A stretch of 64,000 nt of DNA from a virus. This document shows, in pieces, positions 1 through 10,283 of the stretch; position 1 is the stretch's first letter, and every line of letters begins with the position of its first letter. The stretch is from positions 71,099-135,098 of the IMG/VR virus record IMGVR_UViG_3300043436_004687; one strand, given 5' to 3'. A program made the position numbers and the translations under genes. The notes under the pieces are model-generated. The model made no database searches. It saw only the letters and a program-made list of their open reading frames with translations, and had not been told where the DNA came from.

Positions 1-209
1 TTTATTAAAAATAATAAAAGATTTTTCAACAACTTTCATTTTTTCATAACCAATTTGCCTACCAAATCTAGCATTTTTATCATAAATTGGTTTCCTCCTA
101 TTGTCCGTTGTATATCTTTTAGTTTTAACCTTAAACTTTTTCTTATGATCTTCTCTCGTAGATTCAAAAGTAACGTCAGAATTAAATGTAATATTATTTA
201 AAAACATAT
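1..209 (-). CDS. hypothetical protein, 5' part of a gene whose C-terminus extends beyond the window (start ATG at 207-209)
   Basis: Hand translation of the minus strand gives MFLNNITFNSDVTFESTREDHKKKF... with no stop before the window edge. It was not in the ORF track because it is incomplete. Confidence 0.35.
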
Positions 210-390
210 CTTATTATTTTTCAATTAATACAGCAAAGATAAAACAAAATATTCAATTAAAAAAATTATTTATCATTTTTTAATTCCCTTAAAACATCTT
301 TCAAAATTAAAATTCTAATTTTAAAAGAATCAATTTCATATTTTTCTAATTCAAGAATTTTATCTTCAATTATTTTTATTGCTTTTTCCA

Positions 391-897
391 TTATTTAATA
401 TAATTATTTTTTATTGAATCTACAATATATTGACTATGCTCTAAATGAAAATGGGTTGCATAACCAATAGAAACATGAAAACCATAATAAGGATCACCCA
501 AACCAATTTCCTTTCTTAAATCCATTAAAAAAGCGTTTTCAAGTAATTTAAAATACCAATGTTTACCATCACTCCTACAATCTAAATTTAATTCGACTTC
601 AACCTCAACATTTTCGTATTTTTCTTTTATTTCTTCCCAGTTATTACGTTTAATTTCGTCATTTTCACCCATTAAATCATCTATTCTATCATTGATGAAT
701 GTGATGTGAGTATTTCTAAGTGGTTTGTTTAAAACAATGTTATATCTTTTTTTGATAAACCAACTATAATAAGAACAAAAATCATCATTATCAAATAAAA
801 CCATAGCAATAACTTTCCAAGAAGATTGTAAAATATGTTTATTAGTCTTATCTTCTGGGTTAAAATGAATTTTACCTTTTAATTTTAATGTACTCAT
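391..897 (-). CDS. putative 2H phosphoesterase superfamily protein (LigT/CPDase-like)
   Basis: Two H-x-[ST]-x motifs (THITF and FHVSIGY) about 77 aa apart. The promoter motif gcaaatata lies just upstream at 905-913. Confidence 0.4.
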   Translation of the reverse strand: MSTLKLKGKIHFNPEDKTNKHILQSSWKVIAMVLFDNDDFCSYYSWFIKKRYNIVLNKPLRNTHITFINDRIDDLMGENDEIKRNNWEEIKEKYENVEVEVELNLDCRSDGKHWYFKLLENAFLMDLRKEIGLGDPYYGFHVSIGYATHFHLEHSQYIVDSIKNNYIK

Positions 898-930
898 AAT
901 TAATGCAAATATAATATTTTTTATTTAATA

Positions 931-961
931 AACAAAAAAAATCCAATATTAAATACTGGAT
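931..961 (-). terminator. rho-independent terminator (hairpin atccaatatt/aatactggat flanked by A/T runs)
   Basis: Imperfect 10-bp inverted repeat preceded on plus by an A9 run, which is a U-run on the minus strand. It lies just downstream of the gene at 969..2558. Confidence 0.5.
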
Positions 962-968
962 TTCTATT

Positions 969-2558
969 TTAAATAAATGTGGTGAATTTACCCTTGATTA
1001 TATTAACATGTGAAGCCTTACCATTTTTGTAGATAACAACATTTGAATGTAACCAACCAGAAGCACCTTTATTGTACCCCACTCTAAGATGGGTTAAAGT
1101 ACCAACACATAATGCACCATCTAATCTATTGGGTACGTGTGAATGACCAGTAATATTTTTAACTGGTAGATTCTTTAATTGTGTAGGGCTAGATCTAGAA
1201 CCGTGCACCCCGATATGACCATGTATTGAAATTTCAAAATCTTTTATTTTACAGCCCTCATCAATACCCAAAGCTTTAACGTTAGTTAACTCGGTTTCAA
1301 AAATATAGGGCACTATACCTTTGGGGGCTTTTCCATCCGCCAATAAACTAGCAAATTTTAAATATAAGAATTTATTATTACTTTTTCTCCAATCATCATT
1401 ACAAAGCCACCTATCAATAAATTCACAATGGTTTGATCTTACGGCAATAAATCTGTAAGTGGGGTAAGATTTAAACCAATTTAAAACAGTGTCTATCTCT
1501 TTCTTCAAAGACCAAGAACCATCCTCTTCTCTTTTTAATAATTGAAAAGGATCTTTCTTCTCATGGTGACTAATTGAATGTGAATTAATTGGGTCGTGCA
1601 CCACTATTTTTTTTGTATTTACTATTTCAGCTAATTTAAAAGAAGCATCAACAGCATTTTCATCATGCTCTGTTATATGCAGATCACCAAAGACAATAGC
1701 TTCAGCGGTTTTATTTGGGCGAGTGACTTTACCATCCTCAACAAGATACATTAAATCATAAAAATTACCTCTTTTATCTGCTGTAATTTGACGTATGTGA
1801 AATATTTCTTCGTCTAATTCAACTATAACACACCCTATTTGATGATGAAAAGCTGATTTTGCCCCAATTGCTGTGTCGGTGTAATTTTCAACAGATACAG
1901 AACCAGTCGTAACTAATAATTTATTAGGGTAACCCTCCACAACTGGCAGAGATTTTAATTGTACTCTTGGGTGGCCTATAATACAACTTTCCAGCCCAGT
2001 AATGCCATTTAACCCAGTGGTTGGTATTGAAGCAGTTGGTTGAATTTTTACGTCAGAGAGAACTACTAAATGTTCATGTAAGTTATGTCTATTTGCATCT
2101 AAATACGGTAACACTGATTTATCCCAACTATTTTTTAAGTTTTTTTCTTTATTTTTAATGGAATTACTAGAAGATAAAGATGTTGGGTTTTTATATCGGC
2201 CAGCAATAATAAGAATGTCTGCATCTATTTCTTTAGCATAAACCTCCATATTTTTAAGAAATTTACTATGGACAGCAGTTTCGCTTTGACACCAAGATAT
2301 TAAAAACCTTTTCTTAGATGTATCGTGTTGTTTGTTTTGAGCTTCTTTGAATACATCAGTATCTTCGACTTTAGCAACATTGTTAGTAACCCCTAAAGTT
2401 TGCATTTTTTTCCTCATACCCCTCCCAAAGGTATCATCATCAAATTCTAATTTAAAATGTTTACACATTTTTCTAGTTGCTTTGGTAACTTTTTCACCAT
2501 CTTCAACTAATTTTTTAACGTATTCTACCCACTCTGGTAAATATTTCTTTTTACTCAT
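969..2558 (-). CDS. calcineurin-like metallophosphoesterase
   Basis: Motifs FGDLHITEHD (GDxH), RSNHCEF (GNHE-like), HGHIGVHG and TGHSHV (GHxH). Confidence 0.55.
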   Translation of the reverse strand: MSKKKYLPEWVEYVKKLVEDGEKVTKATRKMCKHFKLEFDDDTFGRGMRKKMQTLGVTNNVAKVEDTDVFKEAQNKQHDTSKKRFLISWCQSETAVHSKFLKNMEVYAKEIDADILIIAGRYKNPTSLSSSNSIKNKEKNLKNSWDKSVLPYLDANRHNLHEHLVVLSDVKIQPTASIPTTGLNGITGLESCIIGHPRVQLKSLPVVEGYPNKLLVTTGSVSVENYTDTAIGAKSAFHHQIGCVIVELDEEIFHIRQITADKRGNFYDLMYLVEDGKVTRPNKTAEAIVFGDLHITEHDENAVDASFKLAEIVNTKKIVVHDPINSHSISHHEKKDPFQLLKREEDGSWSLKKEIDTVLNWFKSYPTYRFIAVRSNHCEFIDRWLCNDDWRKSNNKFLYLKFASLLADGKAPKGIVPYIFETELTNVKALGIDEGCKIKDFEISIHGHIGVHGSRSSPTQLKNLPVKNITGHSHVPNRLDGALCVGTLTHLRVGYNKGASGWLHSNVVIYKNGKASHVNIIKGKFTTFI

Positions 2559-2562
2559 TTAT

Positions 2563-2898
2563 TTATTTTATTAATTCCATATAAGTTGGGGCTGGACAAA
2601 TCCCCAGTGTGAATTCATCAAAATGGTCATATTCATTCCCAACTTCAATAGCACCATTATCTAAAGCAGATTGTAAATCAACAAATTCTTCTAAGACCTT
2701 TTCCAAATAAAATTCCTCATCGGATAAAACATAATCTTCATTATCATCATACATTTCCCTATTAATACAATACCACTCTCTAGTTTCACCCTTAACAAAT
2801 TTTTCGTTAGATTTATTTAATTCCAACGATTCTAAAAGAGGTAAATGATTTAATTTTTCATTTAAACACTTTTCAGCAAATTTTTCTCTTAATCCCAT
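2563..2898 (-). CDS. hypothetical protein
   Basis: 111-aa ORF in the minus-strand gene array, tightly packed with its neighbours. Confidence 0.45.
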   Translation of the reverse strand: MGLREKFAEKCLNEKLNHLPLLESLELNKSNEKFVKGETREWYCINREMYDDNEDYVLSDEEFYLEKVLEEFVDLQSALDNGAIEVGNEYDHFDEFTLGICPAPTYMELIK

Positions 2899-3179
2899 AT
2901 ATTTAATTTATTTATTTCTATTGTATCATTTATTTCATATTTTTCACCAATTTTATTGGCTAAATCACTAGAATTGCCAAATTTATGAATATTGTTGTCC
3001 CCATCCATAACAATAATAGAATACCTAAATGTCATTTTTGTTTTATCCTTTAAAAGCAAAGGTTTTTTTAGATTTTTTATCTTTATTATTGTTTGATCAG
3101 TATATAGATTATTCATTTGAATAAAAAATAATACTGAAATTACAATATAGATAACCATTATTAATTTTAAACCTTTCAT
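2889..3179 (-). CDS. hypothetical membrane protein
   Basis: 96-aa ORF with an N-terminal hydrophobic segment (LIMVIYIVISVLFFI). Confidence 0.4.
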   Translation of the reverse strand: MKGLKLIMVIYIVISVLFFIQMNNLYTDQTIIKIKNLKKPLLLKDKTKMTFRYSIIVMDGDNNIHKFGNSSDLANKIGEKYEINDTIEINKLNIWD

Positions 3180-3325
3180 ATTTCTTTTTTTAATTTAACT
3201 TGTTTAAATTTTCATTGAATTTAAACTGTGGTATAATGTGATCAACTTGCCAATCATCGTCTAAAGGGGTTCCAGTATAAGCACATAACCCATTATATTT
3301 ATTATACACTTGAAAACGTAATTTT

Positions 3326-3679
3326 TTATTCATTAATTAAAAAATCATATAATTTTTCTGAAGTAGATAAATCTATATTTGACCCATCTTTATTAGTAAC
3401 ACATCCATTTTTATATTTAGAACCAAAATCTAATTCATAAATAAAATAATCTATCCAACTATCTTTATGATTATCATTAAATGCTATTTTTAATAAGTAT
3501 AATAAAGAGGAGTGTAAGAAACTGTTATTGTAATACCCACCAAAAGTATCTGGAAGTATTATTTTAAAAGCTTCATTGCATTTATCATCATGATTTGATT
3601 GATTTTGGATATTCAATAAAATTTCAATGAATATTTCTTTGGTGATAATTAATTCACCCTTATTTTTATTATTTGACAT
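3326..3679 (-). CDS. hypothetical protein
   Basis: 117-aa ORF. Confidence 0.45.
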   Translation of the reverse strand: MSNNKNKGELIITKEIFIEILLNIQNQSNHDDKCNEAFKIILPDTFGGYYNNSFLHSSLLYLLKIAFNDNHKDSWIDYFIYELDFGSKYKNGCVTNKDGSNIDLSTSEKLYDFLINE

Positions 3680-3684
3680 ATAAA

Positions 3685-4455
3685 TTAAGCTAATCTTTTA
3701 TCTTTTAATAATCCCCTTAAAAACACATTTTTCTCACCACCAATTTTTGTAACCCATTTACCATATAGTTTTTTATTTTCAATTTCTAATTCAATTTCAT
3801 CTTCCCAAGTTGGTGTATATCCATTATAATGTTTTTCATTAGAAAATTCTTCTATTGTGATTGGGGTGAAATCTGCATATAAATCACGATTCCAAACCCT
3901 TTCGTCAACTAAGAAAACTACTGAAGTTAGCATATTATTTAAATCTGGCTCTCTAAAAGTAGCACATTTTACCCCATTATCATATAATTGTTGAGTAATA
4001 GTGTTAAGACTACCTTCATAAAATGCATCCCTAAAACCTTGTCTAATCAAAGAACCATCATTTGAAGTTCCACCATTAAGTATAATAAATGTTTTCCACT
4101 CATTAGCAAAATATTGATATTCTGGGGTGTTCATATATTTCATCCCATATTCAACAACCGCATGACCAAATTGGATTCCTTTCTGAATTTCGCTAATATT
4201 ATAGGGTACAAAACCATACATCCTCAATTCTAAGAATTTCTCTGGTTTTATTGGTTCGATATCTTTTATCACATCATTTAAAGATAAAAATAAATCAAAC
4301 TCTAATTGACTAATTGGTTTTAAAAAATATTCATCTTCATTATTAATTTCTTTTAATCTAATGTTATTTTCTAAACACCAATTATATAAACTTTGTTTTT
4401 TACTCATTACTAAAATTTTAATTATAAGGCAAATATAAATGAAAAAACCACTCAT
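3685..4455 (-). CDS. hypothetical protein; the true start is probably the internal Met at about 4407
   Basis: 256-aa ORF. The promoter motif ggcaaatata at 4429-4438 lies inside the annotated 5' end and upstream of the second Met (MSKKQSLYNW). Confidence 0.45.
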   Translation of the reverse strand: MSGFFIYICLIIKILVMSKKQSLYNWCLENNIRLKEINNEDEYFLKPISQLEFDLFLSLNDVIKDIEPIKPEKFLELRMYGFVPYNISEIQKGIQFGHAVVEYGMKYMNTPEYQYFANEWKTFIILNGGTSNDGSLIRQGFRDAFYEGSLNTITQQLYDNGVKCATFREPDLNNMLTSVVFLVDERVWNRDLYADFTPITIEEFSNEKHYNGYTPTWEDEIELEIENKKLYGKWVTKIGGEKNVFLRGLLKDKRLA

Positions 4456-4477
4456 TACAAGTAGTTTTTAAATTATT

Positions 4478-4816
4478 TTATAAATTTTTACAATATTCAC
4501 TATTCAAAAATTGAATGAAAGAGCAGTCTAAGGCATCTCTAAGTCTAAGATACTCCTTATACCTTAACTTAGCTTTTCTTTTTGAATTACTAATTAATTT
4601 TTCCTTAAAATATTCTTTTGATAGATGGGTTATACAAACAGCACCAGAAACATTATCCAAATGAACCATTAATTGATTTGAAATTAAATGTGGTGGGTAA
4701 ACAACAATTGATTTAATTGGTTCAGAATTTTCATTCGTTTCACAATCATAAAATGAATAATAATATACTTCATCACGAACTTTTATTTCATTCTCATTTA
4801 ATCCTATTAATCCCAT
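4478..4816 (-). CDS. hypothetical protein
   Basis: 112-aa ORF. Confidence 0.4.
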   Translation of the reverse strand: MGLIGLNENEIKVRDEVYYYSFYDCETNENSEPIKSIVVYPPHLISNQLMVHLDNVSGAVCITHLSKEYFKEKLISNSKRKAKLRYKEYLRLRDALDCSFIQFLNSEYCKNL

Positions 4817-5001
4817 TTTAAATTGTATTTTTCTAAAACATTATCACAATCATCACCTAATTCATTTTGAATATTAGCTCTTATATCAGCAATAAGTTTA
4901 CCACTTTCTTTAGTGGCACCCTTTAATTCATAAGAACCGCTATCATCAGCTATTGCTAACAATAATTTTAAATAACCTTTAGTTGTTTTTGGTAACTCCA
5001 T
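4807..5001 (-). CDS. hypothetical protein
   Basis: 64-aa ORF overlapping its neighbours by a few nt (operon-like packing). Confidence 0.3.
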   Translation of the reverse strand: MELPKTTKGYLKLLLAIADDSGSYELKGATKESGKLIADIRANIQNELGDDCDNVLEKYNLKWD

Positions 5002-5002
5002 T

Positions 5003-5368
5003 TTATTTTTTTAAAAATTTAACAAAACCAAAAGATAGTTTAATACAATCTTTTCTATTATAGATATCCAACCCATGTTCTTGAATATCTGGTCTGAATA
5101 ATATAAACCTTTTTCTAATATATTTTTTAGTGTTATTGTCTATAACATAAAAGGTACTATCACCAAATATTTGTATATTTAACCTCCAATGTTTCCCATT
5201 TTCTACTTTATCAAAATGCTTAGGTAATGATATAGAAATCCAATTTGATTTAGGGTATTTTAATACATAACAATCAAACCCAAAATTAAATAGTTTAAAT
5301 TTATATATTGGTAATTTATAATATTCCAATTCTTTTATTCTACCTGGTAACCATTTAAATAATTTCAT
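5003..5368 (-). CDS. hypothetical protein
   Basis: 121-aa ORF. Confidence 0.4.
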   Translation of the reverse strand: MKLFKWLPGRIKELEYYKLPIYKFKLFNFGFDCYVLKYPKSNWISISLPKHFDKVENGKHWRLNIQIFGDSTFYVIDNNTKKYIRKRFILFRPDIQEHGLDIYNRKDCIKLSFGFVKFLKK

Positions 5369-5655
5369 ATTAAAAATCTAACTCTTTTTTCAATAATTAA
5401 TAATTCTAATTCATTTTTTAATATTTCAAAATAATGTTTGGTAGTTTTATGATAATCAAAAGCATCTTGATTGTGAAATGCTTCATTTACTATAAACCAT
5501 GTATTATCTTTAGAATCTTGTTTGACATCATAAATTAAACAATCTGGTTCTTTTAAACTAAATTTAGCTAATTCATTAAATAATTCTTTAGCTTCATCTA
5601 CCTTATGATCAGAAACTTTAAATTCCGCTAATATTTGTATTTTATTATTTTTCAT
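5365..5655 (-). CDS. putative ABM-domain (dimeric alpha+beta barrel) monooxygenase-like protein
   Basis: At 96 aa it has ABM-like size and sequence features (EPDCLIYDV...WFIVNEAFHNQDAFDYHKTTKHY). Confidence 0.35.
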   Translation of the reverse strand: MKNNKIQILAEFKVSDHKVDEAKELFNELAKFSLKEPDCLIYDVKQDSKDNTWFIVNEAFHNQDAFDYHKTTKHYFEILKNELELLIIEKRVRFLI

Positions 5656-5939
5656 TTTTTTACATGAATTACTATTGAAGTGAATGTTTTTGAATTTAAT
5701 TCAATTTTTTCGGAAAATATTTGTTGTTTACATTTAGAACAATTTCTACAACCCGTTCCTAATAAAATTGATCCTTTACAAACCTTATTAGGGTGTATAA
5801 TAGCACTGTGCGAATTTTTCTCAATAAAATATTTATCAGAAAAAGTTTTAAACATTTCTAATAATCTAATTTCATTAGCACCAGAGTCGCATATATGACT
5901 AATTTCCAGTTTTAATTTTTCTTCTAAATCTTTATTCAT
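5652..5939 (-). CDS. hypothetical Cys-rich protein
   Basis: 95-aa ORF with a GTGCRNCSKCKQQ cluster. Confidence 0.35.
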   Translation of the reverse strand: MNKDLEEKLKLEISHICDSGANEIRLLEMFKTFSDKYFIEKNSHSAIIHPNKVCKGSILLGTGCRNCSKCKQQIFSEKIELNSKTFTSIVIHVKK

Positions 5940-6069
5940 AATTAATTATTTTTCTTTAACCCCAAACAACAAGGTGGTTTTAATATTTTATTCAACCCCT
6001 TAATCATTTTCTTTCTAGATGGTTTTATTTCAAAATATAAATCTAATTTTAATTGAACTTCATTCATAA

Positions 6070-7464
6070 TTATTTTAAACCCATTGCTGCATTATATATT
6101 TCAACACATTCTTCAAAAGAATTAGCCTCTGTTTTATCAGTTCTAAATTCTTTAAATGCTGGAAAAAATACTGAATTACCACCATTGGAATTAGATGAAA
6201 GACCATTACATTTTATTTCAACTATTGTGTTTAATAAAGAATCTTGGTTTTCAGTTACATAAACCATCATATTTTCTTTCAAACCTTGAGCCTTAGCCGA
6301 TAATTTGCCGCAAGAACTCTCACAATATATTGTAGATATTACATGCTCATTTTTAGTACCCCTTTTGCCATAATTAAATGCTTTCGCTACTAAATCTAAA
6401 CTAATTTCAATTTTTAATTTAATTTGGTAATTATGTTTACCATTCTTCCAAACACCATCAAGACTTTTTAAAACAGTACCCTCCTCACCCCTTTCCAAGG
6501 CTTCAGAAAAATGTTGCATAGCTTCTTCGTAGGTTTTAACAAATCTATGTTCAACTATTGATATTGAAATTGAATTTGAAAGAATTGATTTTAATCTATT
6601 TAACCTATCTATTCTAATAGTGGGGGAGTACCCTAAGTAATATTCTTCGACATCAATTATATCCCAAACTTTTAACTCAACTAAAGATAGGGCTTCCTCA
6701 ATAGTCATACCCTTTTCTTTAATGAATTTGTTTATTTTTTTATTTGTCTCTTCTTGCGTTCTATCGGCTTTTTTATTTTCAATATCTATAATAGATGCAA
6801 TTATACCATTGCTTTCTAATCTAGATATCCCCTTCATAACTATTTCACAATTTAAAACACAATCATCTAACTTAGATAATTCTTCAACTAAATCACAATT
6901 ACCAATAAAAGAATTCTCACCAGATCTACCTTCCATTTCAACCTCATGATTAAAAATAATGATATTTAAATATTTACCATCCGCTTTTAATTCACTAATA
7001 CAAGTAGCGTTATTTTCAAATAAAGCATTAGCTTTTTTTACATCAAATGGGATACAACCCATATAATTAGTTTTTTCAACCAATGATGGAAATACTTTAT
7101 TAATTAATGTGGTCCCCAAATTTATTTTACAATTCTTTTCAATTATTCGCTCTATAATGTAAGCATCATCAACATCAAGACTATTTAAAATAGATGTTAA
7201 CCACTCTATAGCTTGATGACCAGTAAAAGTTCTATCAATCAATTTATCTAAATTGCTTAAAGCATCCTCTAATGAAATATGTTCAAAATTAGAATCAAAT
7301 TCATATTCTGGTATTTGCTTTATATAAAACTTAACCCTTTTGGAGTTAGCAAGATATAATACTCTTTCAAGCAACTTATTATCTTTATATTCATTAAGAA
7401 TTTCTATTTTCTTATTGGTTGATGATTCATTTGCAATCTCATCAAAGATTTGTTTTATTTTCAT
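6070..7464 (-). CDS. ATP-dependent ligase (nucleotidyltransferase superfamily; DNA ligase-like, an RNA ligase role is not excluded)
   Basis: Motif I ELKADGKY (ExKxDGx), motif III-like DCVLNCEIV, motif IV EGTVLKSLDG, motif V YQIKLKIE. Confidence 0.6.
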   Translation of the reverse strand: MKIKQIFDEIANESSTNKKIEILNEYKDNKLLERVLYLANSKRVKFYIKQIPEYEFDSNFEHISLEDALSNLDKLIDRTFTGHQAIEWLTSILNSLDVDDAYIIERIIEKNCKINLGTTLINKVFPSLVEKTNYMGCIPFDVKKANALFENNATCISELKADGKYLNIIIFNHEVEMEGRSGENSFIGNCDLVEELSKLDDCVLNCEIVMKGISRLESNGIIASIIDIENKKADRTQEETNKKINKFIKEKGMTIEEALSLVELKVWDIIDVEEYYLGYSPTIRIDRLNRLKSILSNSISISIVEHRFVKTYEEAMQHFSEALERGEEGTVLKSLDGVWKNGKHNYQIKLKIEISLDLVAKAFNYGKRGTKNEHVISTIYCESSCGKLSAKAQGLKENMMVYVTENQDSLLNTIVEIKCNGLSSNSNGGNSVFFPAFKEFRTDKTEANSFEECVEIYNAAMGLK

Positions 7465-8295
7465 TTATATTAAATTTAAAATTGAATTTCTATCTTTGCC
7501 AAACATGGGAGTTTCAACAACCTCCCATTTACTTCTTATTGGTTTATTACATTCATCGCAAATATTAGTACAAATTTCAGTTTGGAAATTTAAACAATTT
7601 TCACCTAAACCACCATAGGTATTCTTAACAATAAATGAACCTCTTTTCTTACTCCAATGTAAATCATTCCAATTGTGTCCTTTTTTAAAACACATTTCTT
7701 GCATATCAGAAGTATTTTTCTTATGTAATTCAGTATGGGAATATAAAGATTGTGCAAGCATTGCAACAGAATTCTTTTCAGCATCTCTTTGTCGCCAAAT
7801 GAGCATATTTACAACCTCTTCTTTTTCAGGAATTTGAAATACTCGGCTATCAAAGAAAGCTAATTTAGAATCAGTCATTATTTCTTCATAACTAATTGCA
7901 CCACCATATTCAACATCTTCAACTTGCCTACTCAATCTCAATTGATTAAACTTAGCCGTAGCTAAAGAAGCTGAAATACTTGTCATCTTCTGTACATTAT
8001 AATCAAACCAAGCTGATGTTTCTAATTTATCATAATCAGTTAAAACAAGTGTTATTTCATCACTTTGGGAAAATCCAAATTTACAACCTTGAATATTCTC
8101 ACACAAGAACTTAGTAGTTTCTTGCATATCTTCAATAAGTCCTTCATCAAATGGTCTATTCAACCCCTTAGTATAAGTGTGAAATGCTTTCCCATCCAAT
8201 CTAATGATAGTTGGCATTCTTCTGGTTAGAAATTGCTTATTTCTATTTTCATAATTTTCTTTAATTCTTTTTGAAAGAGCTGTATTATCTGGCAT
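7465..8295 (-). CDS. Thg1-like protein (tRNA-His guanylyltransferase / 3'-5' nucleotide polymerase family)
   Basis: IIRLDGKAFHTYTK, FGFSQSDEITLVL, AFFDSRVFQIP and LIWRQRDAEKNSV match conserved Thg1/TLP blocks. Confidence 0.7.
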   Translation of the reverse strand: MPDNTALSKRIKENYENRNKQFLTRRMPTIIRLDGKAFHTYTKGLNRPFDEGLIEDMQETTKFLCENIQGCKFGFSQSDEITLVLTDYDKLETSAWFDYNVQKMTSISASLATAKFNQLRLSRQVEDVEYGGAISYEEIMTDSKLAFFDSRVFQIPEKEEVVNMLIWRQRDAEKNSVAMLAQSLYSHTELHKKNTSDMQEMCFKKGHNWNDLHWSKKRGSFIVKNTYGGLGENCLNFQTEICTNICDECNKPIRSKWEVVETPMFGKDRNSILNLI

Positions 8296-8301
8296 AATAT
8301 T

Positions 8302-8631
8302 TTATTTTTTATAATTAATATATCTTAAAAATTCATCAGTGGGTTTAACTTTATGTTCCAAAACATAATGCTTTGCAAAGTCTCCTGGCCAAATCCATTC
8401 TTCAGTTTCAAATTCTTTATTACCCAGATTTTCACCAGTAATTCTAGAACAAGAAAACCCTCTATAGGCTGTAATTTTAGCTGTTTTTTCTTTATCAATA
8501 ATTAAATCATAAATAACCTTAGCTTCATTATCATTTAATACATTTGCTACGGGCATTGGGAATTCACTAATTTTAGAATAATTAGAAAATGGTTTTTCAA
8601 ACCAATAACCCTCAATGTTTTTATCTGACAT
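8302..8631 (-). CDS. hypothetical protein
   Basis: 109-aa ORF. Confidence 0.4.
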   Translation of the reverse strand: MSDKNIEGYWFEKPFSNYSKISEFPMPVANVLNDNEAKVIYDLIIDKEKTAKITAYRGFSCSRITGENLGNKEFETEEWIWPGDFAKHYVLEHKVKPTDEFLRYINYKK

Positions 8632-8642
8632 AATTTTATATT

Positions 8643-9398
8643 TTAATAATTAAACAAATCTTCTTTATATGCAAATTCAGTCCATTCCTCGCCTAATTTA
8701 GAAACCCTAAAACCTAAACCCCTATTAGGTGATTCTGCAATAGATTCAACTGTTACAACACCATTCCTTTTAGGGTTATTAACAGTTTTCCAATAATAAG
8801 TTTCACCAATTACTATTTCTTCTGGTCTTCCAATACATACATATCCAGTCATTCGATATAATTCATCAAACATATCCTTGAATCTAATATCAAATAATTG
8901 TTTTCTAAATTCATGCATTTCTTTAGCATAACCAGAAGCCATACCACTACCTTTTGATGTTGAATATTTTACGTTAGCTAATCTATCACAAATTTTATCA
9001 AATGTTGCCAAACCAATGGTTTCATAACAATCTCTAATACCTTGATAGTATTTATCGTTTGCACGTTCTTTTCTAGTTTTACCTTTTTCATTTGTCAACG
9101 CATAAGTAATTTCTGCCACCACTTCACCACAAGCATCTTTAACGTTGTTGTATGTTTGCATTGTATCCTCAATAGTATCATGAGTATATGCTCCAGCAAT
9201 AGCATACCCAACATATTCTTGTGGCAATAAATAAGCGTATTTAACAGCGTATTCTTTAACCATTTCAATATGTGTATAAACATATGGTTTACCATCGTAT
9301 TTATGGTTTACAGCTTCGTGACATTTAATTGCATAATCTCTAGATTTATCAATCAATTCTAAAGACTCAATAAGTGTAAGTGGTTTAATATTTTCCAT
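8643..9398 (-). CDS. HD-domain phosphohydrolase
   Basis: H...H...THDTIEDT HD motif arrangement (KCHEAVNH, YTHIEMV, AYTHDTIED). Confidence 0.5.
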   Translation of the reverse strand: MENIKPLTLIESLELIDKSRDYAIKCHEAVNHKYDGKPYVYTHIEMVKEYAVKYAYLLPQEYVGYAIAGAYTHDTIEDTMQTYNNVKDACGEVVAEITYALTNEKGKTRKERANDKYYQGIRDCYETIGLATFDKICDRLANVKYSTSKGSGMASGYAKEMHEFRKQLFDIRFKDMFDELYRMTGYVCIGRPEEIVIGETYYWKTVNNPKRNGVVTVESIAESPNRGLGFRVSKLGEEWTEFAYKEDLFNY

Positions 9399-9450
9399 GA
9401 TTTATTATTTTAAAATACAAAATTACAAAAATAATTTAAATAAAACAAAT

Positions 9451-9771
9451 TTATTTTTGATTAATTAATATTTCCATTAAATCTACTCTAACTTTTAACC
9501 AAAGAAATAATTCAACACGCTTTTCATTTAAATCTTCGGTTCTAAACCCAACATCATAATATTTTTCTTTTGTAAAATAATCTTCTTTAACACCACAAAA
9601 GAAAATGGATTTATTGTTAAAGTGTTTCATAATTTCAGAAAAAGTTAATTGAATACTTTGTCTTGCTATGCTAATAGAACAATCTAATTTATCTGTATGA
9701 AATTCATGACAATTAACATAAGCATATTCTAAATATTCTAATTTCTCTTTTAGAGTTAATTTATTTACCAT
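9451..9771 (-). CDS. hypothetical protein
   Basis: 106-aa ORF. Confidence 0.4.
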   Translation of the reverse strand: MVNKLTLKEKLEYLEYAYVNCHEFHTDKLDCSISIARQSIQLTFSEIMKHFNNKSIFFCGVKEDYFTKEKYYDVGFRTEDLNEKRVELFLWLKVRVDLMEILINQK

Positions 9772-9782
9772 ATTAAAATTTA

Positions 9783-10034
9783 TTATTTAAAATGAATTGT
9801 TATTTCAGTATCACCAGATATATATCTGCCATATCTTGTTGATTTATTTTGACTATAAACCGTAACATGACCTGAACTGTGCCAAATCATTTCCCAATAT
9901 AATTGTTTCCCATTACCAATAGTGAAACCCTCATGTATATTTGAATCTAAATCCCCATTTGTCAATGTCAAATCACCAATAAAACATATTTTACCAGTAA
10001 TTTTTTTATTATGCGGTATTAAAATATTTTCCAT
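9783..10034 (-). CDS. hypothetical protein
   Basis: 83-aa ORF. Confidence 0.35.
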   Translation of the reverse strand: MENILIPHNKKITGKICFIGDLTLTNGDLDSNIHEGFTIGNGKQLYWEMIWHSSGHVTVYSQNKSTRYGRYISGDTEITIHFK

Positions 10035-10036
10035 AA

Positions 10037-10198
10037 TTATTTATATTTATTAGTCATATCATTACCACATTTATGACAAACATATTTGTCAAACTCTTCT
10101 GTTTCAGATTCTTTCCAAGTCCAATTACATTTATCACAAATAATTTTGACATCTTTTTTTACAACCTCAAAAATTTTACGTAAAGATATTTTAACCAT
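10037..10198 (-). CDS. small zinc-ribbon protein (53 aa), not in the supplied ORF track
   Basis: Hand translation gives MVKISLRKIFEVVKKDVKIICDKCNWTWKESETEEFDKYVCHKCGNDMTNKYK. It has CxxC...CxxC and is preceded by the promoter motif agcaaatata at 10221-10229. Confidence 0.4.
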   Translation of the reverse strand: MVKISLRKIFEVVKKDVKIICDKCNWTWKESETEEFDKYVCHKCGNDMTNKYK

Positions 10199-10250
10199 AT
10201 TTTATTATTTAATATTTTTAGCAAATATACAATAAAATTTTCATATAAAA

Positions 10251-10283
10251 CAAAAATCCAGATAAAATTATCTGGATTTTTGT
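10251..10283. terminator. bidirectional rho-independent terminator (atccagataa/ttatctggat)
   Basis: Perfect 10-bp inverted repeat flanked by an A-run and a T-run. It overlaps the stop of the gene at 10268..10579. Confidence 0.55.

Noticed and set aside
6070-7464. Calling the ligase a dedicated tRNA/RNA ligase (Rnl/Trl1-type) to complete the healing-sealing pair
   Set aside because: Motif I ExKxDGx and motifs III-V fit ATP-dependent DNA ligases at least as well as RNA ligases. Without a profile search the RNA-ligase role stays a hypothesis and is mentioned only as an alternative.
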